Positions 1-14,507 of a stretch of 64,000 nt of DNA are shown here, in pieces; the stretch's first letter is position 1; every line of letters begins with the position of its first letter. The translations under genes were made by a program, and so were the position numbers. Source of the DNA: Trichinella spiralis. Its lineage: Eukaryota. The stretch covers positions 3,171,513-3,235,512 of the forward strand of contig NW_003526945.1 in NCBI RefSeq assembly GCF_000181795.1, given 5' to 3'. Under the pieces are notes generated by a model. The model saw only the letters and a program-made list of their open reading frames with translations, did not search any database and was not told the origin of the DNA.

Positions 1-789
1 TTCCCCCTTTGGTACAGTGGCTAAACCTTACTGATGAATTTATTTAGCCTTAAGCTACCAACGTAAAGACCGTCTAATGCAGTTGTGCGCGGAAGAGCTA
101 AGTGAAGTGAAAATAGATAGCGCATTCTTTATGTATACTGAAATGACGTCACAGCGACACGCTCTAACGATCAGGTCTATCGTAGGCTAGAGCTTCCGCC
201 TAAACTGCCAAAGACTAGAGGTCAGGAGAATGCTTTTCTCCAACACTTACTCATCTTGTCACCTGCAGACAAGTTTTGGTAATCTGCAATGTGCAGAATC
301 TGTTCCTGCTCGTCGTCACAGATGCAGCATTAGAAAATGTCAACATCCCATTTTGTAAGGGTTAAATTCAGGCAAAACTTCTTTCTTGTGCATGCATTCT
401 CATCTATTCTCAACAAGTTTCCTCCACCTGAACTGATGATTACAAGTGAATAGAAATCATCTGATATCCATCGGGCATATGTTCATACCACGTACACAGT
501 TCTTCCAATGCATTCCTTTGCTAATGGAGCCTGCCTTGCAAAATATTTTGCTGGTGTAAAAACACCTCAGCAAAACATTTGCCTGAATTCAACCAAGGAA
601 ACAATTACAACTCTTGTTCTTCCCAGCGTTCTGTAGTCATCGTCGTATTCAAACAGTTTCTTTGTCGTAGCTGTGGACCTTCTTAGCAAGTACAGTTGCC
701 TGCTTAATCTATTCCACTTTCCTAACTAAGGCATTCAATGAATGGTCCATGGTCAAGCGGCCATTTTCGATCTTGTTCATTTCAAGCTT

Positions 790-1250
790 TCCGCGTCGTC
801 GTTCACGGAACGTCTCCTCCGTTTTACCGATCGATATCCAACATGCCTCTGCCAAAGTTTACCATTCCTGCATGCGGACAGAACAGTGAAGCAGTTTCGA
901 CGATGGTCCACTGGAGAATTGGGCAAAACGCTACGTTCTGAATCACGCAAGCTCTACGCCCAAGTTCAGAATATTCTTCGACTGAGGAGTGGTTACGCTG
1001 AAGCAAACCGTAGAAATGTCCAACCAACTCCGACAATCATCTTTCTTATCCATAAATGCTCACAAATATGAAATTGTACTCATCCACTGAAATTTCCCAG
1101 GTTGTGTTTACAGGAAAGAACTTCGCCGGGGAAGCATCATTCAGTAGGGATTGCTCTAAGACAAAGTTTTCTAACGCGGGATGTTATGCAGATAGATGAA
1201 GTCCTTCAATTAAACTGGCCACGTTTTGGGGTCCATGTCTGGAAGTTACG
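790..1250 (-). mobile_element. Degenerate gag-like remnant of an LTR (Ty3/gypsy-type) retrotransposon
   Basis: Minus-strand frames broken by stops and frameshifts read LPDMDPKTWPV*LKDFIYLHNIP / SLLNDASPAKFFP...SIYG*ER*LSELVGHFYGLLQRNHSSVEEYSELGRRACV / FAQFSSGPSSKLLHCSVRMQEW*TLAEA. The segment order matches my recollection of a retrotransposon gag capsid in such nematodes (MDP..W...DF ... L..RF..L.Q....VE...ELGRRAG ... TLAEA). GC is higher than the flanks. No LTR or pol was recognised. Confidence 0.5.
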
Positions 1251-2013
1251 TCGGAAAGTGAAACAGCACCAAGCACCTATGCATCTTGTTGACATGGCTT
1301 TACGGACAAGCGCCCATTGTAACGTAGCGAGGTTAGCCGGCCAAATAGACTCTTCACATTTCATACGCATCGAATCGTTCAGTGCATCTTCAGTGATCTT
1401 GCGGCCTCTTTTACGTTTGATAGAAGACCTTCGAAATAGAAGATGAAACAGAAAAATAATTTAAATTCTTTGCCATCCAATACCACCAACCATGGATGGG
1501 CCTGACAAAGCACACCCCGGACGACCAAACGAGACTATTCCACAATGCCAGCAATCACAACAACAACAACAACAACAACGCCAACACTCTTTTCCTTGTA
1601 CTGTCCCTGCTCGTGAAAATCAAGTACCGCATGACCGCCGGTAGCTGGGTGATAACTAATTAGTAAGATGTTTGTGCAAGACGTTCATTAGCCATTTGAA
1701 TTTGTGTCCTGCAGTCAGTATCGAAATATTTAGATATTGTACATTTGAGCCAAACGTTTTGCTCATGTATTCTGATTGACTCTCAATTTTGAATAATACT
1801 GTAGTAGACGAGCAGGGTACTCGTACTACACTTTGTTATAGACAATTAAGTTCTACAACTAACTGTCTTCTTTCGTGGCTAAATTTGAATTTCACAAATA
1901 TCGCTTCTTGTATAGGATAGTCTCGAGTATATTTTATTGAATATATATTGAAACAAAGGCAAAGTACGAACGAAAGGAATCACAGCAACAACACTCTCCC
2001 ACGATCTGAACGC

Positions 2014-2064
2014 AACAACTGTTTTTTGTTGTTGTTCTCTTTTTCAATAACGACAACAGTTGTT
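2014..2064. repeat. Inverted repeat / hairpin
   Basis: AACAACTGTT (2014-2023) pairs perfectly with AACAGTTGTT (2055-2064). The inner GTTGTTG pairs with CAATAAC (one G-U), and the loop is 10 nt. Confidence 0.7.
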
Positions 2065-2663
2065 TCTTTTCCCAGTAAACAACGGCATGTGTACCAATAA
2101 ATCGATCACAAATGTTGACAGAGTAACAGCTTAATAATGTATGCTATTGGTGTTGGAATTTAGGTCAAGTCAGATCGAATATCTAAAAATATCACTCGAA
2201 GCGTAGGATTTTACAAATATATTTCACGAACTGGAAATAAATCTTGTATAATTTGATCCTATACATTCGTTGGACATATCTGTGAATGTAAAGTGAAAAA
2301 TAATAAATCAGCATACTTGACAACAATTCTCAGCATCGGGAGAAAATACTGACCATAGAAATAGATAAATCAGCACCATACTGTATTCTTTCTACAGTAA
2401 AAGTACATTTAGGAGCAAACATACGACCATTTTCTACAAATTTTTCTACAACGCAAGTCAATAAATTTGAATTAAAAAAATCAACATATTTCTCAGTAAT
2501 TTTTTCATGGAAAACATTTCTGGAAAGCAAACCATGGATAATGCAATGTAAACAACAACACAATGAAATTTATTTTATTTTCACATTAACATTTAAACAC
2601 TGCAATATTAATTCGTTTCAACCCCAACAGTTAAATAATATAAGATAAAAAAGGCAAAAGTGC

Positions 2664-3212
2664 TTATTTATTAAGCTTTTCCTGCATTTCTTCCTCGAGC
2701 TTTGCGAAAACAATATCCAGTCGTTTCTTAGTCAGTATAAAAAATTCCCCAACCGTTAGGTCCTCTTCTACCTTGCCCAATTCCATAAAAGGGCATGATG
2801 TTCCCTTCCTTATGGTGAGTCTTAGATGTTCATCCCTAAATAACAGGAAACATAACAACAAAAATAAGTGATTTATAAAAAAATTTTTTAAATAACCACA
2901 CTTACCATGGATTGTCATCGCGGTCCCAATCTTGTAGTGACTTTAAACAGAAAAAACATTTTACGCAATCTCCACTTGACGTTGTAGGGTCGCTGAAAAA
3001 CCCCGCTTTCGCCAACTAAAAGAAAATTCGTAAGTTTCAATAAATAAATCGTCAAAAATATTAATAATAACACTGACATTCTCCTTATTACATGTATCTT
3101 CTGAGGTGTATGGCCAACTGACAAACGAAGACAAACGATTGCTTTCAAGAGCCATTTCTTCAGGTCCAAATAATTCAGCCAAACGCTCTTCTATATCAAA
3201 AGGAATTTCCAT
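2664..3212 (-). CDS. bir-1: Survivin-like single-BIR-domain protein (BIRC5/BIR-1 family)
   Basis: Three exons, 3212-3078, 3015-2906 and 2835-2664, all with GT-AG introns. Protein: MEIPF...NRLSSFVSWPY...EN|LAKAGFFSDPTTSSGDCVKCFFCLKSLQDWDRDDNPW|DEHLRLTIRKGTSCPF... followed by a C-terminal helix. BIR motifs RLxSF..WP, LAxAGF and CxxC..H..C are present. Confidence 0.9.
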
Positions 3213-6200
3213 GTTGTCCGTAAAGCAATTTTCAAACAAATTATCTGGTAAAAAGAAAGAAAAGTACCTGTCAGATAAAGTAATTTTCAATTCAATTCGT
3301 AAAATATCATTTCTGCCTATGAGCTCAAATATTTAATACAAAACTAAAAACAATATTCATGTCAACAAAGTAATCAACATTTAATAATAAATAAATTATA
3401 TGTAATAACAACTGAATCAGAATACTTATATACACTGATAAGAAGCGTCGCACAAAAGTTAAAATTGACCTTGACAAAAGTACGGTAATCTTTAATAATC
3501 AAGATTTAATTACAGTGGAAGTGATAGCATATTTACTGTATTATAATGTTTTAAAAAAATTGAAAAATGTAAATTTAAATGTTTAATATAATGATAATTA
3601 TTTTTTCTCTAATTTTCCTTGCAAATTATATTGAACAATTTTTTAATTCATAAATTTTCTTAACTTTCTTTTTTAAATCTTGTTTTTGTAGAATGCACAT
3701 TTTCAATCACTAGCTATTTCTTTATTATGTTTTCATTTCTGCTTATACTTTTAATTTTATTTACATTTTCTCTGAAAAAAGCCATACAAATTTGTTTTCA
3801 CCACTTCCAGTTTGCCTTGTGATAAGCAATTTGTCGTTAAACACTTGTACTACTTTTATAGAAACTTTTATTAGTTTTTAAAGTTTGAAATTTCTTATCC
3901 ATAACTTGGATCCTTTTAGAAATTGAGATTTGTACACAGTGGGTCAAGTAATTTTAGAATTGTCGAAATATTTCAACTAGTTGCTATCAAATGAAATGTG
4001 TTTAAAATTTTCTGCGCTTATCTAGGTGCTAATTTTAATGCATAGTTGTCAGAGTGTAACACTACTTTTAGCATATTTTTCGGCAGACTGGTAATTATTG
4101 CTGCGTGTTATCAAGGCAATTAATTTTTTGACATAATGATAGAAAGCAACTGATTGCAGTTAAGTCAAGTCAACCCAAAATTGTTAATGAAATATGATTG
4201 AAAACGTTCTATTTGAATTCAATAATTATTTAATCCGCATTCTTAAATATTTATATGTTAAAGATTTTATTTCACTGCTGTTGCAATATCTTTCACAAAA
4301 CTGGTGGACACTTTTCCACTATTATACAAATAAATTTATTTGGATATAAAAAAATGAGTATAATTATAAAACGCTATAATTCTTCCAGCAATCTGCCAAT
4401 CGCCAAATAAAGTTATAGAGTTTATAACATAAATTTCATATGCTCCATATGCAATTCAGCATTAATGGGGCGCAAATTGCCCTTTATTTCTTTCAACTTA
4501 TCTTGAAATTTAATTGTTCTAATTTACTGTAATTTTTTTACAAACCATATTTTTATATTAAAAATTGCTTAATCACTTTTTGTTAGAAAATTTCACACTA
4601 CTAAATGATCTTATAATGAAATATAATCTTTATAAAAATCTGATTATTTATTTTGGAAAATGGAAGTAGTGACGCTGTCAGTATGGTAAACAATTTTTTT
4701 CCTTATTGCTGATTAAGCAGAATTAATCTTTCTGAAGCCTAGAAAAATAAATAATATATTTTTGAAACTTTCGATAAAAGTGTAATCAAAGTATAAAAGT
4801 AAATAAAAATCTCTCTGCTTATGCTTATGAGATGCATTTATCATGTTAGTCGTCAATATTGCAGTAAAACTTTCAAAAAGCATTATCGAGCTAGCTTGCA
4901 ATCGTGTTACAGCGCTACTTTTTGTTGAGTGTTAACTTTTGGAGAATTTTCCGGTCATTACAAAGAAAACTTTTTTATTTAGAAACAAATTTATTCAAAA
5001 TTATTTGGTACGTATGAAAAATTAAAAAAAATTATTGGTTAAAGATTACTGCTTTCATGCAAAGCATTGTCAACTGATATGTATATTAAGATTACGCTAT
5101 CTTTTAACATTTTAATTTCTTTTTAAAAATTGATTAATTAGAAAAATGATATGCATTATACATAAAAATTAAAATAAATTTAAATATTAAATTTTAAAAT
5201 TATTTTAAAAGCTCCGGTTTTATAGTTAACAAAAAAATATTATGAATGCAAGGATGCTTGCAGTAATAAATAAAGTGGTTATTACTTTGGAAATTCATGC
5301 TTCGAACGAGCAAGCAATGCCCAGAAATACAATCAAAATATATTCGACAATGACACGTTAAGTTTATATTTTTAGATCGCAGGAGACTTCATTTTCTGAG
5401 TGTTACTTAATAATTCATATTTTTATGAATATATTTTTTATATTGTTTATTCATGGAAGTAGACTATTTGTTGCAAAATCAATATTTGGTACCAACTAAT
5501 GTTTTTCTCTGAGATGCTGTTGAATTTTCAGCTACAAATTATGTTATGTGCAAAGATTATTTGATTAATAATTCTTAAAATTTAATTTGATTTAATTGTT
5601 AAATATTATTTTAAATCTCTGTGTATCGTTTAACTGTTTAATATGTGCATGCCAAAAGTTTTCTATCAAAGAATAACTTGATTACCAAAGATAATACAGT
5701 ATATTCTTTAATGCGATAAACTTACTTTTGTTTAATCAGAGGTGCATTGCAGTACCTGAAGTCAATGGGTATTGAAAGAATGTATTAAAAGTATGTTTTA
5801 TGATCTGTAAAGAATGGGAATTAAATAAATTTAAAAAATTTTTTCCTGTTGTTGCATTGTTTATTATAAATGCAATTTTTCGTGCAATGCGATAAATGCT
5901 TTCCTGCGCTTTTAATAAAAAATAAATACGATCATTTTAACGGGAGAATGTTTGTGAGATTTCTTTTAACACAACATTAAGTTATATATTGAAATTTTTA
6001 AATGCAAGATTAAATAAATTTTATCAAAATTATTTTTGAAGGTTGCTATTTTTTCTTGGATAGTTTGAAAATGTTTTAATCAAGAAAGTTTTTCTTTTCG
6101 TGCGATTTTGCGCATGTTAAACGGGAGATGAGCGATGGATGTAATATTTCAAATAGTTTTTGGTATTAATTTAGTCGTTGTGAAATTATTCTTCGACATT

Positions 6201-7565
6201 TATTTACCTGTTTTTATTGTACTATTAAATTTAAAGCAGTTTTTTCTTTCAAATTGCTTTGCAATAATAGAACATAGCTTTTGCAAACGAAACATCAGAA
6301 ATGATACTGCTTCCAGTTTTGAAGAACATTGTTTACACAAATTTACAACTTGAAACAAGCAATACAAAGGGCTGTTAGCTGTAATAATATTTATAAATTG
6401 CAATTTTGAAGTAATTGTTTACTAAAATTTTGTATCTTTTCATTTTTATCAGATTATTGCATTTATTTTTCAACAGAAAGAATTTCATATTATGTTTTCG
6501 ATAAATTAAAAAAGTGACAAATGAAAGGTCCTTTTTTCCCACTGCATTGCTTTGATTTGTTGGCAGTTTGTTGCTGCTTGATAATTTGAAATTTATTTGA
6601 AAATTAATGAAAGAAAGTATCATGCCATTCATGTTCATATTTTTGCCTGACGTTGTCACGTTTGACAATTTGTCTCGTTTTTCTTCGTTTTAGAATCAAG
6701 GTTATCTGTTAAATTGCATTTCATGATTTTTTCAACTTTTACAGTGTAATGAAATTGTTTTATATATGCTTTATGTGATAAATTAAAAGAATTTGTTTAT
6801 ATATTTATTTCTTTTATATATACATATTTCTATATGTATATATGTGTATGTTTGCCCGTGCGTGTGTATGTATGTATGTATGTTCTTTTTGTATAAGTTT
6901 AGTAATGTATAATTCATTTTAATTGAACGCTGACTTTTTTCATGTAAAATATGAAATGTGATCTGAGTATAATTTTAACATACTGGAATATTTGCCTTTT
7001 ATTTGGGTCGAGTTGAAGGTCTCGAGTCTGCATTATGACGTGTAATGTGAAAGTGCTTTTACTGACGGTGTTCTTTTTTACTTCTACTATACTGGGCCAT
7101 ATTAATGTCCTTGTTTAAGTGAAGCTGTATCGTGGTAAATTTCTTTGCATGATTTTTTAAGTTTTTCTTTTTTGTATGTATTACAAATGTTTTAGTATCA
7201 AATTACTTGGCAAACATTTCTCACTAACAGGGTGACGTGATGTTGTAACAGATAGTATGATACGGTCGGTGATCAGTTGATAAAATTAGAATAAGGTTTC
7301 TTTTGTTTATTCAATTTTTTGAACTTGTCATTTATTGTTTGTTAATAATCTAGTATTGAACGTTAACATTTCATGGATCAATTTACATCCATGTGTATTT
7401 GAAAATTAGCAAGTGGCAGATTTTGTCTCTTTTATTTTATTGCAGTTAATGTGACGTTCATTTTTGAATAGTTTTTTCTTCTATTGTTTAGATTTGCTGA
7501 AAAATTTGGTTTGTGAATAATCAGGGGTGTTGGCTTCAGTGTATTATTATCATTATTATAAAATT

Positions 7566-9943
7566 ATGGCACTGGGACGTTGGCTTAGGCGGCGTTTGGT
7601 TTTGTCGATTGGTTGTGTTTTCGGTGGCGCTTTCTTACTGCTCAGCTACTTCAACAGCGGTTCATCAGAATTAGATATTGCACAACTTGTCCAACCAAGC
7701 TCCATTCAACTGGACAAACATTTCATCGACAACGTAGACGGAAAAATAGACTGGGAAGATTATGCACAGCGAGCTTCGGATTCAGCTCGTCAGGGTCCAG
7801 GAGAACAAGGGGAAGCGTTTTATTTGCCCAATGTCAGTTCTGTTGATCACAAAAAAGGCATACTGTACAAAAGCAATGGATTCAATGCATTGGTAAGCGA
7901 TTATTTGGCTTTGAACCGATCCATCAAAGATCTCCGCCCCAAGCAGTGCATTGGAAGAAGCTATCTGGCCAAATTGGAGAAAGTTTCGGTCGTGATTCCA
8001 TTTTACAATGAACACTGGACAACGCTGTTGCGTACGGTTCACAGTGTGGTCAACAGATCGCCGGTGGAATTGTTGCAGGAGGTGATTTTGGCCGACGATT
8101 TCAGCGACAAGCCTTTCTTGAAGCAACCACTGGAAGCTTATGTACGCGACACTTGGCCCGGTTTGGTTAGGATTGTTCGAGCCCGAAAGCGGGAAGGTCT
8201 CATTCGAGCGCGACTGCTTGGTTCCAAGGCGGCCATTTCATCGGTAAGCGAACAATTTTGCACCTTCAGAAGCAGCTATGTTCAGTTTGTTTTTTATCCT
8301 TTCCATTTATAAAGGTGTTAGTATTTTTGGACTCACATTCTGAATGTGGATACAACTGGTTGCCTCCGTTGTTAGAACCAGTTGCATTGAATTATCGCAC
8401 TGTAACTTGTCCTTTTGTCGATGTAATTGATCATAGCACATTTTTATATCGTCTACAAGATCAAGGGGCTAGGTAAGTTGTATACTTTTGTTTTCTTTTT
8501 AAATTCTTTTTTTTTCAAATAATTTTCATCTTGTCGTTTTACAGAGGTTCGTTTGACTGGGAATTATATTACAAGGTATAATTTTGAAGATGCGACTTGG
8601 GAATTTTTTAATAATCGTGTTTGTTGCTTCTTTTATATGCAGCGTCTGCCACTTTTGCCAGAAGATGCCGCATATCCGGATCGCCCTTTCAATAGCCCGG
8701 TCATGGCTGGTGGCTATTTTGCAATTTCTACAAAATGGTTTTGGGAACTCGGTGGCTACGACGAAGGTTTGGATATTTGGGGAGGCGAACAGTATGAGCT
8801 GTCGTTCAAAATTTGGCAATGCGGGGGAACGTTGATCGACGTTCCTTGTTCACATGTGGGTCACATTTATCGGGAATTTTCTCCATTTGCCAACCGTAAG
8901 TTGCAAGCTGTTTTTGCATTTTTCCCCCAGTTTTCTACTTTCACCGCTTTAACGGTACTTGTCAGAGCAAGCGTTATGCTAATGCTTATTGTTGTTGTTA
9001 TTGTTGTCTGTTTTGCTGCAAGCTGACTTCTGATAATGTAAATTAAGGCTTAATTTTGGTAAAAATTGATCAAAATGTTACTTTTCTTTTGGTATTTCAG
9101 AAGTAATTTGTAAAGTGGGATTACCATATTTTGCAACGGTGTTAATTGTTATAACTTAATGGATGTTTTTAAAAACTGTAATGCTTTGTTGTCTTTATGT
9201 TTGAGATGTTATAGTTCTTTTTTTTTCATTGAATTTCAGCCGGAGCCGGTGATTTTGTTGGGCGCAATTATAAACGTGTTGCGGAAGTTTGGATGGATGA
9301 ATACAAAGAATACGTTTACATGCGTCGACCGCATTATCGTAAATTGGATCCTGGTGATATTTCGAAGCAGAAAGAAATTCGAAAACGTCTCGGTTGCAAG
9401 CCGTTCAAATGGTTCATGCAGGTGATCGCCTTTGACCAGAGTGTACGCTATCCGCCGGTGGAGATGGTCGACGTCCGTGAGGGTGAAATTCGAAGTATCC
9501 AGAGCGGCATGTGCGTCACTGTGCAATATGTGGTGGAGCACGGTGTGGTTGGTATGGCGGATTGTAAGAAAGGGCACGACGACGCTGCCGTGGGCGAGCA
9601 ATTTTTCAAATACACCACTAGAAAGGAGATCAAGTTCAGAAACCGAAGGCTCTGCTTTGACGTCCCGGAAAATAAAGTGAAAGCTCCAGTTATTCTCTAT
9701 CCTTGTCACGGTGATTTCCTTTTTGAACAATGTCATTCATTCGTTGATTTATTTGATCTGCTTATTTCAGACATGCAAGGAAATCAGGCGTGGAGATACA
9801 ATTCGAAAACCATGCAAATTGTACATCCCGTGACCAACATGTGCTTAGATGCGGATTTCAGTCGAAGAGAAGTTTTCATGCAATCCTGTAACCTCAACCT
9901 CCTTTCTCAGCGTTGGAGTTTCGGAGCCATTGTTGACAGTTAA
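7566..9943 (+). CDS. Polypeptide N-acetylgalactosaminyltransferase (GALNT10/gly-10-like)
   Basis: Exons 7566-8243, 8315-8472, 8545-8575, 8643-8895, 9240-9710 and 9771-9943. N-terminal type II TM segment, [27 protein letters not shown] (DxH), [18 protein letters not shown], and a C-terminal ricin-B lectin domain (GNQAW, SQRW). Confidence 0.95.
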
Positions 9944-12094
9944 TATTTTTATTTGTTTCCATTTTGTTTTTGTTTTTCCCAAAGCTTCATTGTGTTTTCG
10001 TTGCTAGAAAATTTTTAAAGTTCAGTTTATTTGTTTTATTTTTATTTTTTACATATTCTCTGCTTGAACTGGTGCTCCATTCCGTGGGGGGATAGTGCTC
10101 GATATTTTCACTTCTGCGTAGAACCTGCGTATTCCAATATGCGCGCTTTCAATTCTAGCTCACGGCTGACTGCTTATGCGTTAACTGTTTGAAAAATAAA
10201 TTATATGTTTGCCATCTGTTCGTACGTCTGTTCAAGAACAGCTACGCTGAAAATGATTTACTTTTTGTTCACTCAATCGGAATTCGAAACTACCTGCCAC
10301 TGTTGAAACATTTGAATAATAAACAATTCGATTTCGGAAATTTACCACGCGACCATAAATCTCTTCTTGCATTCCATAAATCGTTGTCCAAATTCTGACT
10401 GCTTTTTACAATTTGAATAAATTATTAAACTAATTAAAACTATTATACTAATACAATTAAAAATTTAAATTAAAAAATTATTAAACTAAAAATTATTATT
10501 TAATGATAAAAAAAGCCTGAAAATTAGAACTGATGCATCACTTTATGAATTTACACTTGACTTTCTCATAACCATACTGTAGAAGTTATTTTTTCATAAT
10601 TGCTAAGTATTTTGAACATACGAACACTGTAGTGATGCAAAGCTTTGAAAAAGTTGGCTGAGTTATTTATTAAACAAATATTTAGAAAAAAAACAAACGT
10701 GGGATAGCTAAAAAACTATGGAATGGGTGAATTGGTAGATGGCTTGTCAGTGGGCTTATTTAAGCTGTTTACATTTATTTTCAAAAGATAAAAATGACGA
10801 CATCATGTTTTCTATCATTCATTTATGTGTTACTTCAAATTTATTGTTCGTTTTACATTTCACTTTGCTGAAATTATAACACAGTAAGCCGATAACTATG
10901 CATACAGACCCATCCATGTATGAATTACATTGACAAAGTAATTCAAAAAACATACTGTGGACGAAAAATTAAGCATTAAAATAAAACAATTAAATGTATG
11001 AATTTTAAAATATCTTTTTAATAAATGACAGTCCTATATGATGATGTATTTTGCATTCACATCGTACTGTATGTGCTATATTAGAAATTTAAAGTGACTT
11101 CAAAAAGCGAAATACTATGCAATTCTTTTATCAGTGTTGAATTAAATATAAAGTTGTTTTTAAATATACAAATATTTTTGAACAATCATCCGCTGATTAT
11201 AAGAAACTTTATGTAAGGAAAACGTCTATTAAACAGAGAACGTGATTTGATTAAGTGATATTTTTAATTTCATTGTTAAATTAAAAATGTTTGTTTGAGC
11301 TTATTAATAATCTGAAATTACCCTAAAACAAGCATCTGGTTTAAATTCTTCGATTTTTTCTTGATTATTTTACAATTTTGTGGAATGTACAGTAAGTATT
11401 TATGGAGTTCAGCAGATGCTGTTCTTGGGTGTTCGTCGGGCGTGATTTCTTGAAACAAAGTATAAATGTCTGAATTGTGAAAACTTTTTACCTTGTGACG
11501 TTTGGTTTCAAATATAATGTAAAGAATACCATTCAGCTTCAACAGCGCATGTGTTGGATATGTATTTTAGACTGTTTGTGCAAAATTGATAGGCTTATAT
11601 TTCTTCTTTCTTCACGTTGAATCTTCAGTTCGTTGAATTTACTTTTAAGTGTAATATTAGCATCATTGTAACATGTTATTTGCTGTGTCAGATGTCTCTG
11701 TTTTTGTGTTTTAGTTTAGTTTTTATTGTAATTTGTTGCATGTTCGAATAACTTTTCTTATTCTGTGAATGTGACCTGGTATAGCGAAGAAACTTTTCTT
11801 CGAAGCATCGTGAGTCAGCAAAGATTTCGCCTATTGGTCGTTTTTCTGAAATTTACGATAGCATATGGTCACGTGAATTCTCTTTTTGATCTTTGCAAAA
11901 GCATGCCATTCATTCATTCATTGTTCGTTAACCGACATGATTGAAATGGTCACGTTTTGTCGACGTCTGACCAACGCGGATTGTCATTTGTTTTACCCTT
12001 TTATATGATTTAACTCATTTGAAGAGTTTCGTTTATTTTGAATTTTTCTCTGAGTTCATCATCATTTTAGTGATCAAAAACAGGCGGTGTTTCA

Positions 12095-14507
<2,413 letters not shown>

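Noticed and set aside
11381..11401. miR-1-like word TGGAATGTACAGTAAGTAT
   Set aside because: It needs a mismatch and an insertion, and there is no complementary arm to form a hairpin.
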